Assembly (NCBI GenBank): GCA_040904605.1
Contig: JBBDTA010000079.1
Coordinates: 1 to 35,065, forward strand
Length of the DNA: 35,065 nucleotides
DNA from: Paenibacillaceae bacterium
Lineage (GTDB): Bacteria; Bacillota; Bacilli; Paenibacillales; UBA4045
Direction: 5' to 3'
The translations under genes and the position numbers were made by a program. The notes beneath the pieces are model-generated. The model did not search any database. It was not told where the DNA came from and saw only the letters and a program-made list of their open reading frames with translations. Below, piece after piece: positions 8,482 through 18,665 of the stretch (the first letter of the stretch is position 1; each line of letters starts with the position of its first letter).

Positions 8482-8855
8482 TGAGTAATCGAACGGATCA
8501 GCGTAAATTAACCGGACGACGAGGTGAAGACTTAGCTGCAGATTACCTTACTCAGGATGATTATCTGATTGTTGAACGTAATTGGCGTTGTCGCAGTGGA
8601 GAATTAGATCTCATCGCACGGAAAGACGGCCTACTTATCATTATTGAGGTGCGTTCACGGAAATCTCTCCTTCAGTTCGGTCATCCAATAGAATCTGTGG
8701 AGCGGCGCAAACAGACTCAGGTTCGCAGAACCGCCGAGGTATATGTAACAATGAGTAGTCAGTCTGGTAGTCAGATAAGGTTCGATGTCATAACTGTGCT
8801 GCTCGCTAAGGATGGATCATTACACGAAATCAATCATATTCAGAATGCATTCTAG
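8478..8855 (+). CDS. yraN: YraN family PD-(D/E)xK nuclease
   Basis: GRRGEDLAADYL, NWRCRSGELDLIA, IEVRSR and IRFDVI motifs; ATGA overlap with the upstream gene. Confidence 0.93.
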   Translation: MMSNRTDQRKLTGRRGEDLAADYLTQDDYLIVERNWRCRSGELDLIARKDGLLIIIEVRSRKSLLQFGHPIESVERRKQTQVRRTAEVYVTMSSQSGSQIRFDVITVLLAKDGSLHEINHIQNAF

Positions 8856-8883
8856 TCATAAACTGGACGGAGAGGTTAGAATA

Positions 8884-9849
8884 ATGGATCATATACGTTG
8901 GGGAATGATTGGCTGTGGGGATGTAACCGAAGTCAAGAGTGGGCCTGGTTTTCAGAAATCAGACCGTTCATCACTAATCGCAGTTATGAGAAGAAGTGGG
9001 GAATTAGCAGCTGATTATGCTAGAAGACATAACGTGCCTAAATGGTACGATGATGCTGACCAATTGATTAATGACCCTGAGGTCGATGCTGTATATATTG
9101 CAACCCCTCCGGCCTTCCATAAAGAATATACCTTGAAATGCGCTCAGATCGGTAAGCCTGTCTATGTAGAAAAACCAATGGCGTTAAACACTGCAGAAAG
9201 TCACGAAATGATCCAAGCCTGTAAGGAGGCGAATGTACCTTTATTCGTCGCTTACTATCGTAGAAGCATGCCGAAGTTTTTGAAAATTAAGAAGCTCCTA
9301 GATAGTGGAATTATCGGGGACATCCGTTATGTGACAATCCGCAATACCACACCGGCTATAGAGATATCGGTGGAGACAGAGTTACCCTGGAGAGTTATCC
9401 CTGAGATATCGGGCGGGGGTCTCTTTATGGACATTGGATGTCATAGCTTAGATCTTCTTGATTTTCTACTGGGCCCAATTCGACATGCGAATGGTCATAT
9501 AGGGAATCAAGCTGGTTTGTATAAAGCTGAAGATATCGTGTCTGCAAGTTTTGTATTCGAATCCGGTGTACAGGGCTCGGGTTCGTGGTGTTTTACAGCT
9601 TTCGAGCATGTAGATCTTACAGAAATTGTCGGAAGTACAGGGAAAATAAGCTTCTCAACATTCGGTACAGATCCCGTTGTATGGACGAGCGTAAATGGAA
9701 AGACTGAATATCCGGTCGAAACACCTCAACACGTTCAACAGCCATTAATTCAGAGTATCGTGAACGAGCTACTAGGCACTGGAACATGCCCGAGTCATGG
9801 TGAAAGTGCAGCAAGAACGAGCTGGGTGATGGATCAGATTATGAGTTAG
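8884..9849 (+). CDS. Gfo/Idh/MocA family oxidoreductase
   Basis: WGMIGCG Rossmann start, VDAVYIATPP, VYVEKPMA and GGGLFMDIGCH. ATG 8884 follows GGAGAGG. Confidence 0.92.
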   Translation: MDHIRWGMIGCGDVTEVKSGPGFQKSDRSSLIAVMRRSGELAADYARRHNVPKWYDDADQLINDPEVDAVYIATPPAFHKEYTLKCAQIGKPVYVEKPMALNTAESHEMIQACKEANVPLFVAYYRRSMPKFLKIKKLLDSGIIGDIRYVTIRNTTPAIEISVETELPWRVIPEISGGGLFMDIGCHSLDLLDFLLGPIRHANGHIGNQAGLYKAEDIVSASFVFESGVQGSGSWCFTAFEHVDLTEIVGSTGKISFSTFGTDPVVWTSVNGKTEYPVETPQHVQQPLIQSIVNELLGTGTCPSHGESAARTSWVMDQIMS

Positions 9850-9862
9850 AATATGGAGCAGA

Positions 9863-11422
9863 TTATACAGACCGGTCCAGCGTTCGATATTGAATCGCCT
9901 CTGCAATGTGAGCTGTCTCGATGGCCTCTAGGCCCTCAAGATCTGCGATCGTACGGGCGATTTTTAATATTCGATCATAAGTACGTACACTGAACCCCAG
10001 TGCTTCAAAGGATTGATGCAAGAGGTGATTAGCCTCCTTGGATAATGCACAATATAATCGAAGCATTCTGCCTGTTAGCTCACTATTGTATCGAACGCCT
10101 AGCCCGTCATATCTACTCCTCTGCAGTGATTGTGCGCTTATGACACGATCCCGCATCTGATCCGATGTATAGGCAGCATGTAGGTCATCAGTGCTTGCAC
10201 CCGTAATATCTTTATACTGTACTCTCGGAACCTCAATGTGCAGATCTATGCGATCTAATAATGGACCTGAGATCTTGGCTCGATATCGCCTGATCATGAG
10301 AGGTGTGCATCGACATCGTTCGAGATCGGTTTGATCACCTTGGTAACCACAAGGACATGGATTCATCGTAGCGGCCAATGTAAAGAAGGTTGGATATTGC
10401 AAGGATGCTCGAGCTCTTGATAATAGGACATATCGATCCTCTAAAGGCTGTCGAAGCACCTCTAATACCTGCCTCGTAAATTCCGGCATTTCATCAAGGA
10501 ATAGAATGCCGTGATGTGCCATACTAACTTCACCTGGCTTAGGAATCGTTCCTCCGCCCAACATACCTGCGTACGAGATGGTATGATGAGGTGCGCGAAA
10601 TGGTCGTTCGCATGAGATCTTGGATTGATCATTCCAACGCCCAGCTACACTGTAAATTTTCATCACTTCGAGAGCCTCATCACTTTCCAATGGAGACATG
10701 ATGGTAGGCAGACGACGGATTAGCATGGTTTTACCTGAACCAGGCGGGCCAATAAAGAGGATGTTGTGCATGCCTGCTGCCGCTATCATGAGAACACGTT
10801 TAGCATGGTATTGACCACGAACATCACTAAAGTCGTTAGTGAAGGATGACTGAGATGAAACAAGAGAGCCGCTACAAATATCTAAATGAGGTTTATAGTT
10901 AGTGAGATTAATGAAATGTTCTGAATTTCGGTCAAGACAACTCAGTTGATCGATAGGGATAACCTCAATCCCATCAATTAATCGAGCCTCAGAAGCATTA
11001 TAATGAGGAAGTAGAATGCGGCGATAGCCTAGCTTCCTCGCCGCATGTACCATGGACAGCACACCCGTTACAGGTTTTAATTTTCCATCGAGTGAAAGCT
11101 CGCCCAGCACAACACAGTTATCAAAGACGTTGTGTGCTAACTGGCCACTACAGGCTAGAATTCCGATAGCAATAGCTAAATCAAAGGCGGAGCCTTCCTT
11201 TCTTAAATCTGCTGGAGCGAGATTTACCGTGATTCGGCCTAAGGGATATTGAAATCCACAATTTCTAATAGCCGCTCGTACTCGTTCAGTTGCTTCTCTA
11301 ATCGCATTATCGGGTAATCCTACAATCGTCATCTGAGGGAGCCCGCTTGCTAAATCCACCTCGACTTCAATAATCTGACCATCAATACCTGTTACTGCTG
11401 CGCTTAATATTTTGACATACAT
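9863..11422 (-). CDS. comM: ComM/YifB AAA+ ATPase (hexameric helicase/branch-migration factor family)
   Basis: Lon-like N-domain (VNLAPADLRKEGSAFDL), Walker A GPPGSGKT, RPFRAPHHT, Walker B LFLDE, CPCG...CRC zinc site, SGPLLDRID and ARTIADL. Confidence 0.93.
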   Translation of the reverse strand: MYVKILSAAVTGIDGQIIEVEVDLASGLPQMTIVGLPDNAIREATERVRAAIRNCGFQYPLGRITVNLAPADLRKEGSAFDLAIAIGILACSGQLAHNVFDNCVVLGELSLDGKLKPVTGVLSMVHAARKLGYRRILLPHYNASEARLIDGIEVIPIDQLSCLDRNSEHFINLTNYKPHLDICSGSLVSSQSSFTNDFSDVRGQYHAKRVLMIAAAGMHNILFIGPPGSGKTMLIRRLPTIMSPLESDEALEVMKIYSVAGRWNDQSKISCERPFRAPHHTISYAGMLGGGTIPKPGEVSMAHHGILFLDEMPEFTRQVLEVLRQPLEDRYVLLSRARASLQYPTFFTLAATMNPCPCGYQGDQTDLERCRCTPLMIRRYRAKISGPLLDRIDLHIEVPRVQYKDITGASTDDLHAAYTSDQMRDRVISAQSLQRSRYDGLGVRYNSELTGRMLRLYCALSKEANHLLHQSFEALGFSVRTYDRILKIARTIADLEGLEAIETAHIAEAIQYRTLDRSV

Positions 11423-11427
11423 AACAA

Positions 11428-11473
11428 AAGCACCCCTTCTCCGAGAATGATATCCTTCGGATAAAAGGTGCTT
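11428..11473 (-). promoter_or_regulatory. Leader hairpin covering the comM Shine-Dalgarno sequence
   Basis: Minus strand reads AAGCACCTTTT-A-TCCGA...TCGGA-G-AAGGGGTGCTT and ends 5 nt before the ATG. Confidence 0.6.
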
Positions 11474-11652
11474 CCTTATTATCTGAACTCATTGTATTAA
11501 AAAAGAATAATCTTTACAAGGGTGATATTAACGTTTCTCAGTCATTTCCTAAGAAATAATAAAAAACGGGTATTATCTCTGAAAATCGACAAACATAGTC
11601 GAATAAGAATAGAAATTTTATTAAAATAAAGTAGGAAATCGTCATGCAGAAG

Positions 11653-11661
11653 TGCTATAAT
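11653..11661 (+). promoter_or_regulatory. Extended -10 SigA-type promoter element for sucCD
   Basis: TG-C-TATAAT is a perfect extended -10; the -35 is poor. Confidence 0.55.
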
Positions 11662-11714
11662 AGTTAGGGTTTTACTGGGATCTCGGAAAGTCTTAGAGAA
11701 AGAGATAAAATCAC

Positions 11715-11757
11715 AAAAAAAGCGTATGCTCTCGAAGAGTTTTGCTTCGTAAAACTT
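11715..11757 (+). repeat. Modular palindromic element in the sucC leader (same family as the fliF-fliG element)
   Basis: AAAAAAAGCGTATGCTCTCGAAGAGTTTTGCTTCGTAAAACTT versus AAAGCATATGCTTTCGAAGCGAGTTTTGCTACGCAAAACTT at 25439-25479. Confidence 0.8.
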
Positions 11758-11800
11758 GAAGTTAGAACAGCGTATTTTTCAGAACAGGAGGATTGAAGCT

Positions 11801-12961
11801 ATGAACATCCATGAGTACCAAGGGAAAGAAGTCTTGAGGCAGTATGGTGTGAAGGTACCAGAAGGTAAGGTTGCATTCACAGTAGAAGAAGCGGTTGAAG
11901 CCGCTAAAGCATTAGGAACAGCGGTTGTTGTGGTAAAAGCGCAAATACATGCAGGTGGACGGGGTAAAGCAGGTGGCGTTAAAGTAGCTAAGAGCCTGGA
12001 CGAAGTTCGTACATATGCAACTGAAATTCTCGGGAAAGTATTGGTAACTCACCAAACTGGTCCAGAAGGCAAAGAAGTAAAACGCTTACTGATCGAGCAA
12101 GGCTGCGACATCAAGAAAGAATATTATGTAGGTGTTGTTGTTGATCGGACTACAGGCTGTGTAGTCATGATGGCGTCTGAAGAAGGTGGCATGGATATTG
12201 AAGAGGTTGCGGAGCATTCACCAGAGAAGATCTTCAAGGAAGTCATTGATCCAGCAGTAGGCATGCAAGCTTATCAAGCTCGCAAGCTCGCTTATGCGAT
12301 TAATATCCCAACTGAATTGGTCAACAAAACCGTCCAGTTCATGTTGTCTCTGTATAAAGCCTTCGTTGAAAAAGATTGTTCGATAGCTGAAATCAATCCG
12401 CTCGTTGTTACGGGTAGTGGAGATGTCATGGCGCTTGATGCGAAGATGAATTTCGATTCTAACGCTTTATTCCGTCATAAGGACATCGTTGCTCTTCGTG
12501 ATCTTGCAGAAGAAGATGAGAAGGAAATTCAAGCATCGAAATTTGATCTAAGCTATATTGCACTCGATGGCAACATTGGTTGTATGGTGAATGGCGCAGG
12601 TCTGGCGATGGCAACGATGGATATAATTAAGTATTATGGCGGCGAGCCGGCTAACTTCCTAGATGTAGGGGGCGGTGCGACGACAGAGAAGGTTACTGAA
12701 GCTTTCAAAATCATTCTATCCGATCCAAGTGTGAAGGGGATCTTCGTTAATATTTTCGGCGGTATTATGAAATGTGATGTGATCGCTAACGGTGTAGTTG
12801 AAGCTGCTAAGCAAGTCAGCTTAGATCGTCCTTTGGTCGTTCGCTTAGAAGGCACGAATGTAGATTTAGGTAAGAAGCTGTTAAATGAGTCAGGTCTTAA
12901 TATTGTAGCAGCAGATTCGATGGCAGACGGCGCACAGAAAATCGTCGCTCTTGTGAAATAG
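11801..12961 (+). CDS. sucC: Succinyl-CoA ligase beta subunit
   Basis: [42 protein letters not shown] and [12 protein letters not shown] 11801 follows AGGAGG. Confidence 0.99.
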   Translation: MNIHEYQGKEVLRQYGVKVPEGKVAFTVEEAVEAAKALGTAVVVVKAQIHAGGRGKAGGVKVAKSLDEVRTYATEILGKVLVTHQTGPEGKEVKRLLIEQGCDIKKEYYVGVVVDRTTGCVVMMASEEGGMDIEEVAEHSPEKIFKEVIDPAVGMQAYQARKLAYAINIPTELVNKTVQFMLSLYKAFVEKDCSIAEINPLVVTGSGDVMALDAKMNFDSNALFRHKDIVALRDLAEEDEKEIQASKFDLSYIALDGNIGCMVNGAGLAMATMDIIKYYGGEPANFLDVGGGATTEKVTEAFKIILSDPSVKGIFVNIFGGIMKCDVIANGVVEAAKQVSLDRPLVVRLEGTNVDLGKKLLNESGLNIVAADSMADGAQKIVALVK

Positions 12962-12978
12962 AGAGGAGGAAAAATTCA

Positions 12979-13911
12979 ATGAGTATATTAGTTAATAAAA
13001 ATACAAAAGTAATTACGCAAGGAATTACCGGTGCAACGGGTCTTTTCCATGCTAAGGGAGCATTAGAATACGGCACCCAAATGGTCGGAGGAGTAACTCC
13101 TGGTAAAGGCGGAACAACGGTTGATATTCAATTGGAGAACGGAACAGCAGTTCAGCTGCCGGTATTCAATACCGTTGTAGAAGCAAAGGCTAAGACTGGA
13201 GCTAACTCATCTGTTATATATGTACCACCTGCATTCGCTGCAGATGCGATCATGGAAGCGGTAGATGCTGATTTGGATTTAGTGATCTGTATAACAGAAG
13301 GTATTCCAGTGTTGGACATGGTGAATGTTAAACGTTATATGGAAGGTAAACGTACGGTATTAGTCGGACCAAACTGTCCTGGCGTGATTACACCTGGTGA
13401 ATGCAAGATTGGTATTATGCCTGGTTACATACATACTCCTGGGCATGTTGGTGTTGTCTCACGTAGCGGAACACTAACATACGAAGCGGTTCATCAGCTT
13501 ACAACTAGAGGCATTGGTCAATCCACTGCTGTTGGTATCGGTGGAGACCCGGTTAAGGGTTCAGAATTCATCGATATTCTTGAGCAATTCAATAATGATC
13601 CCGATACGTATGCCGTTATCATGATCGGTGAGATTGGCGGTACAGCGGAGGAAGATGCAGCAATGTGGGTGAAAGCCCATATGACGAAGCCCGTTGTTGG
13701 TTTTATTGGTGGTCAAACAGCACCAGCAGGCAAACGCATGGGTCACGCAGGTGCGATTATCTCTGGCGGTAAAGGTACAGCAGCCGAGAAGGTATCTGTC
13801 ATGGAGGAATGTGGTATCCGTGTAGCGCCAACACCTTCCGAAATGGGTTCAACGCTTGCAACGGTATTAGAAGAGCTCGGCTTGCTTGCTAAATGTACAA
13901 CCATTAAATAA
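12979..13911 (+). CDS. sucD: Succinyl-CoA ligase alpha subunit
   Basis: [20 protein letters not shown] and the phospho-His motif RMGHAGA. Confidence 0.99.
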   Translation: MSILVNKNTKVITQGITGATGLFHAKGALEYGTQMVGGVTPGKGGTTVDIQLENGTAVQLPVFNTVVEAKAKTGANSSVIYVPPAFAADAIMEAVDADLDLVICITEGIPVLDMVNVKRYMEGKRTVLVGPNCPGVITPGECKIGIMPGYIHTPGHVGVVSRSGTLTYEAVHQLTTRGIGQSTAVGIGGDPVKGSEFIDILEQFNNDPDTYAVIMIGEIGGTAEEDAAMWVKAHMTKPVVGFIGGQTAPAGKRMGHAGAIISGGKGTAAEKVSVMEECGIRVAPTPSEMGSTLATVLEELGLLAKCTTIK

Positions 13912-13955
13912 ATCATACACGACAACTTCATACAACAAACCATGAATAGGTAAGC

Positions 13956-13993
13956 AACCTTTCATTCCTTTAACGGGAGTGGAAGGTTTTTTT
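13956..13993 (+). terminator. Intrinsic terminator after sucD
   Basis: AACCTTTCATTCC-loop-GGAGTGGAAGGTT followed by a T run. Confidence 0.8.
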
Positions 13994-14024
13994 ATTTCAA
14001 TCATTCATTCTTAGGAGGTTAATT

Positions 14025-15125
14025 ATGAACAGTAAGGACATTTTATTCGGTTTACACGAAACACCTGGTATCGGGTGGCTTACCATCTTGAATTTGGTAT
14101 CGAAATGTAAGGATTTAACACAGCTGCCCCAGATGGATCAAGAGCAATTTATTGCGATGAAAATACAAGCGAACAGAATAAAACAGATCCATCAAGCCTG
14201 TACACAGCATTTTATTGATCAAAGATATGAGCTGTATCGGAAATCCAATTCTCGGATAGTCACCTTCTATGACGAGGATTATCCTCCGCTTCTGCTTGAG
14301 ACGCCTCAACCCCCTTGGGTTCTCTATGTAAGTGGGGACATTAATTTGTGGAAATCGCCTATGATGGGGATGGTGGGCACGCGGATTCCTACAACTTATG
14401 GTAAGCGTGTGGCATATCAGTTTGCAAGAGAATTATCCGAATCAGGTATCTGTGTAGTTAGCGGTCTTGCAAGAGGTATAGATAGTGAGTCCCACCTCGG
14501 TGCTTTAAACGGAGAAGGGAGAACAATTGCCGTATTAGGTACTTCGCTAGATGAAGCCTATCCTAAGGAAAACGATAAATTAATGGATCGTATAGCTAGA
14601 GAAGGTGCAGTTATTACAGAATTCCCACTAGGAACGAGAAGTGCACCTGGATTATTCCCGCTACGAAACCGAATTATCGCTGGTATTGGTTCGGGAGTGA
14701 TCGTTGTAGAGGCCGATAGTAAGAGTGGTTCGTTAATAACGGCAGAACGCGCTATCGAATATGGCCGTGAGGTCTATGCTGTACCAGGTCCAATCTCTTC
14801 GCCTAAGAGCCGAGGGACACACGATCTCATCAAGGATGGCTCCAAGCTTCTGACCTGTACTGATGAGGTAATCGCTGATTTTAGAGGGAGAAAATTAGTT
14901 CAAGCTGACAATAGTCGCTTTTTACCAGCTATGAATGTGCAGGAGGAAATGACGGAGGATGAGCTGCAGCTTCTTCAATTTATAAGTGATGAACCGATCA
15001 ATATCGATCTATTAATTGAAAAAAGTGGATTTGACTTTGGACATTTTCATTCAGTTCTGATATCTTTACTTATGAAAAAGAAGATCGAACAACAATTCGG
15101 TTCATCGTATATCCTTTTATACTGA
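14025..15125 (+). CDS. dprA: DNA-processing protein DprA (Smf)
   Basis: YPPLL...[30 protein letters not shown] and [14 protein letters not shown]; C-terminal winged-helix region. Confidence 0.97.
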   Translation: MNSKDILFGLHETPGIGWLTILNLVSKCKDLTQLPQMDQEQFIAMKIQANRIKQIHQACTQHFIDQRYELYRKSNSRIVTFYDEDYPPLLLETPQPPWVLYVSGDINLWKSPMMGMVGTRIPTTYGKRVAYQFARELSESGICVVSGLARGIDSESHLGALNGEGRTIAVLGTSLDEAYPKENDKLMDRIAREGAVITEFPLGTRSAPGLFPLRNRIIAGIGSGVIVVEADSKSGSLITAERAIEYGREVYAVPGPISSPKSRGTHDLIKDGSKLLTCTDEVIADFRGRKLVQADNSRFLPAMNVQEEMTEDELQLLQFISDEPINIDLLIEKSGFDFGHFHSVLISLLMKKKIEQQFGSSYILLY

Positions 15126-15145
15126 ATACGGAAGGGGGCAATCCT

Positions 15146-17233
15146 GTGGCCGATACGCTTGTTATCGTGGAATCACCGGCGAAAGCCAAAACCATCGGGA
15201 AATATCTAGGTAGTAAATATATTGTCAAAGCTTCAATGGGACATATTCGTGACTTACCTAAGAGCCAGATTGGCGTTGAAGTAAAGAACAGGTTTGAGCC
15301 CAAATACATTACGATTCGCGGCAAGGGAAGTATATTGAAGGAACTTAAGGATGCTAGCAAAAAAGTGAGTCGCATTATTCTCGCAGCTGACCCGGACAGA
15401 GAGGGTGAAGCGATCGCGTGGCATCTTGCTAAGTACTTGGATGTCAATGAGAATTTAGAATGTCGAGTCGTTTTTAATGAAATAACGAAGCAGGCTGTTA
15501 AGGATGCGTTCAAAACACCTAGGAAAATCAATATGGATCTGGTTTATGCACAGCAAGCCAGACGTATATTGGATCGTCTTGTTGGTTATAAAATTAGCCC
15601 CTTGTTATGGAAGAAGGTCAAGAAGGGACTTTCTGCTGGGCGTGTCCAGTCTGTAACCGTAAAACTGATTATGGATCGAGAGAATGAGATCAAGGCATTC
15701 ATTGCTGAGGAATATTGGACGATCACCGCGAAGTTAAGCATTCTAACTTCCGAGTTTGAAGCCAAATTCTATGGACGTAACGGCGAGAAGATTGAACTTA
15801 ATAATGAAACAGAAGTTAATGCTATACTACATGCCATCGATAAAGCCAAATATAGAGTATCCGACGTCAGAGAGAAGGAACGACTACGACACCCTTCACC
15901 TCCATTTATAACAAGCTCCCTGCAGCAGGAAGCTGCTAGAAAGTTAAATTTCCGTGCTTCCAAAACGATGCAAATCGCGCAACAGCTTTATGAAGGCGTG
16001 GAATTAGGCAAAGAGGGAACTGTTGGCCTTATTACGTATATGAGAACAGATTCTACTCGTCTTTCACCTACAGCCCAGGAAGAAACTCGCGAATACATTG
16101 CTGAGAAGTATGGACCAGATTTCATCCCAGAAGCGCCTAGAAATTATACGAAGAAAGCAGTCAATGCTCAAGATGCACATGAAGCGATCCGCCCAACATC
16201 TGTTACACGCTCTCCAGATGTAATGAAAAGCTTCCTATCACGCGATCAGCACCGTTTATATAAGCTAATATGGGACCGAACTTTAGCTTGTCAGATGTCA
16301 TCCGCTATTCTAGATACGGTTACTGCGGACATCCAAGTTGGAGATTATTTGTTCCGCGCTAATGGCTCCACAGTTAAATTCGCCGGCTTTATGAAGGTAT
16401 ATATTGAAGGTGATGATGAAGGCACACAAGAGGAAGAGAAGATGCTTCCGAAATTAAAAACAGGCGATCAGCCTAAGTTTCTCGGAATGGATCCGAAGCA
16501 GCATTTTACCCAACCACCACCTCGTTATACAGAAGCCAGACTCGTGAGAGCTCTTGAGGAATTAGGAATTGGTCGTCCGAGCACCTATGCGCCAACCTTG
16601 GAAACCATTCAGAAGAGGGGATATGTCGCTTTAGAGGAGAAGAAGTTCTTCCCAACCGAACTCGGTGAGCTTGTTATTCAGCTTATGGAAGAATTTTTCC
16701 CTGAAATCCTAAATTCCGAATTCACAGCGAAGATGGAAGGTAGTCTTGATCAGGTTGAAGAGGGTACGGAGCATTGGGTTGATGTTCTAGAGGAATTCTA
16801 TAAGTCGTTCGAGCAACGTCTTGAATTCGCTGAAGAAGAAATGAAAGAGATCGAAATAAAAGATGAGGTTTCTGATGAAATATGTGAGAAGTGCGGAAAT
16901 CATTTTGTGTATAAGATGGGTAGATTCGGTAAATTTCTAGCATGCTCTGGTTTCCCTGATTGCCGCAACACTAAGCCGATTGTTAAGGAGATCGGTGTAA
17001 TTTGTTCCAAATGTAATATTGGTCATATAATTGAGCGTAGAAGCAAAAAAGGGCGTGTATTCTATGGCTGTAATACTTATCCTGTATGTGATTTTGTTTC
17101 CTGGGATAAGCCATCGATTAAGCCGTGTCCGGCTTGTGGATCCCTCATGACGGAGAAGAAGAGCCGTACTGGTGGCGAGCTTCGTTGCACACAATGTGAC
17201 CATAAGGAAGAGATTGAGGAGAACAATGACTAG
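15146..17233 (+). CDS. topA: DNA topoisomerase I
   Basis: [26 protein letters not shown], catalytic ITYMRTD and three C-terminal zinc ribbons; GTG start. Confidence 0.99.
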   Translation: MADTLVIVESPAKAKTIGKYLGSKYIVKASMGHIRDLPKSQIGVEVKNRFEPKYITIRGKGSILKELKDASKKVSRIILAADPDREGEAIAWHLAKYLDVNENLECRVVFNEITKQAVKDAFKTPRKINMDLVYAQQARRILDRLVGYKISPLLWKKVKKGLSAGRVQSVTVKLIMDRENEIKAFIAEEYWTITAKLSILTSEFEAKFYGRNGEKIELNNETEVNAILHAIDKAKYRVSDVREKERLRHPSPPFITSSLQQEAARKLNFRASKTMQIAQQLYEGVELGKEGTVGLITYMRTDSTRLSPTAQEETREYIAEKYGPDFIPEAPRNYTKKAVNAQDAHEAIRPTSVTRSPDVMKSFLSRDQHRLYKLIWDRTLACQMSSAILDTVTADIQVGDYLFRANGSTVKFAGFMKVYIEGDDEGTQEEEKMLPKLKTGDQPKFLGMDPKQHFTQPPPRYTEARLVRALEELGIGRPSTYAPTLETIQKRGYVALEEKKFFPTELGELVIQLMEEFFPEILNSEFTAKMEGSLDQVEEGTEHWVDVLEEFYKSFEQRLEFAEEEMKEIEIKDEVSDEICEKCGNHFVYKMGRFGKFLACSGFPDCRNTKPIVKEIGVICSKCNIGHIIERRSKKGRVFYGCNTYPVCDFVSWDKPSIKPCPACGSLMTEKKSRTGGELRCTQCDHKEEIEENND

Positions 17234-17266
17234 TAGTCATAAGGCTACGAATAGGAGGATCTCATC

Positions 17267-18595
17267 TTGTCGGAACATCAGAGAGTTACAGTCATCGGAG
17301 CAGGGCTTGCAGGCAGCGAAGCAGCTTGGCAAATTGCCCGGCAAGGTGTTCCGGTAACTTTATATGAAATGCGTCCAGTTCGGAAAACTCCTGCACATCA
17401 TACCGACAAATTTGCAGAATTGGTATGCAGTAATTCACTTCGATCAAATGGTTTAACGAATGCTGTCGGGGTTTTAAAAGAAGAGATGCGTACTATGGAT
17501 TCTCTAATCTTACAGTGTGCTGATCAGTATGCTGTTCCTGCTGGGGGTGCATTGGCTGTTGATCGTGATGGATTCTCTGGAGAAATCACTTCAACGCTGA
17601 GGAATCATCCCCTGATTGAAGTGCGCATTGAGGAGCTAACTCATATTCCTGATGGAATCGTTGTAGTTGCGACAGGGCCACTAACCTCACCAGATTTTTC
17701 TGCACAGCTCCAGGCTTTATTCGGTGAAGAATATCTGTACTTCTATGATGCTGCGGCACCTATTGTCGAGAAGGATTCGATTGATATGAATAAGGTATAT
17801 GTTGCTTCTCGCTATGACAAGGGAGAAGCTGCCTATATTAACTGTCCAATGGACGAGCAACAATTTGAAGCATTCTACCAGGCACTAATAACAGCAGAGA
17901 CAGCACCATTGAAGGAATTTGAGAAGGAAGTTTACTTTGAAGGCTGTATGCCCGTTGAGGTGATGGCTTCAAGGGGCAAACAGACTGTACTCTTCGGACC
18001 GATGAAGCCTGTTGGCCTTATTGATCCTCGAACGGGGAAAATTCCACATGCTGTGGTCCAGTTAAGACAGGATAATACAGCAGGTACTCTGTACAATTTA
18101 GTGGGATTCCAAACTCACCTGAAGTGGCCAGAGCAGAAACGAGTGCTTGCCCTTATACCGGGTCTTGAGCAAGCAGAGATCGTACGATATGGGGTTATGC
18201 ATCGGAATACATTTATTAATTCACCAAGTTTGTTACAACCTACTTATCAATATAAGAACAGATCAACGTTGTTTATCGCTGGTCAAATGACTGGAGTAGA
18301 GGGTTATGTTGAATCAGCTGCATCGGGTCTGATAGCAGGTATGAATGCCGGACGTTTGGCGCGGAGCGAAGAGTGTTTAGTACTTCCAGTCGAAACGGTA
18401 TTAGGCAGTATGGCCAACTATATAACAACTGCGGACTTCCGACATTTTCAACCCATGAATGCCAATTTCGGTTTATTGCCTGGGTTAACTGCCCGAATTC
18501 GGAGTAAGAAAGAACGTTATGAAAAATTGGCAGAACGAGCTATACAGGAAATTCAGAATTTTCGGAAAATAAGCGGAAACGTCGCTTGTAAATAA
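17267..18595 (+). CDS. trmFO: Folate/FAD-dependent tRNA (uracil54-C5)-methyltransferase TrmFO (Gid)
   Basis: [33 protein letters not shown] and [10 protein letters not shown]; TTG start after AGGAGG. Confidence 0.97.
   Translation: MSEHQRVTVIGAGLAGSEAAWQIARQGVPVTLYEMRPVRKTPAHHTDKFAELVCSNSLRSNGLTNAVGVLKEEMRTMDSLILQCADQYAVPAGGALAVDRDGFSGEITSTLRNHPLIEVRIEELTHIPDGIVVVATGPLTSPDFSAQLQALFGEEYLYFYDAAAPIVEKDSIDMNKVYVASRYDKGEAAYINCPMDEQQFEAFYQALITAETAPLKEFEKEVYFEGCMPVEVMASRGKQTVLFGPMKPVGLIDPRTGKIPHAVVQLRQDNTAGTLYNLVGFQTHLKWPEQKRVLALIPGLEQAEIVRYGVMHRNTFINSPSLLQPTYQYKNRSTLFIAGQMTGVEGYVESAASGLIAGMNAGRLARSEECLVLPVETVLGSMANYITTADFRHFQPMNANFGLLPGLTARIRSKKERYEKLAERAIQEIQNFRKISGNVACK
18548..18571. promoter_or_regulatory. 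Putative tandem CodY box within the trmFO 3' end, just upstream of the xerC-hslVU-codY promoter
   Basis: AATTTTCGGAAAATA (18557-18571) matches 13 of 15 of AATTTTCWGAAAATT. It is overlapped by 6 nt by a weaker copy, GAAATTCAGAATTTT (18548-18562). Confidence 0.6.
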
Positions 18596-18615
18596 ATGTA
18601 ATCTTATGGTACGAT
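18586..18615 (+). promoter_or_regulatory. Putative SigA promoter of the cod operon
   Basis: TTGTAA (18586-18591), 18-nt spacer, TACGAT (18610-18615), with TG at 18607-18608. Confidence 0.45.
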
Positions 18616-18665
18616 AATGATGTTTTTGAGAATGGATTAGCAATGCCAGGGAAGCTGGTGGACAG

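Noticed and set aside
9863-11422. Magnesium chelatase subunit
   Set aside because: The Lon-like N-domain, zinc motif and yraN/dprA neighbourhood identify ComM/YifB; there are no tetrapyrrole genes nearby.
11773-11788. ATTTTTCAG motifs before sucC, fliG and flgE read as CodY boxes
   Set aside because: Only the left half matches and the right half is the SD region. They are treated as part of the RBS-proximal repeat family, though weak CodY binding is not excluded.
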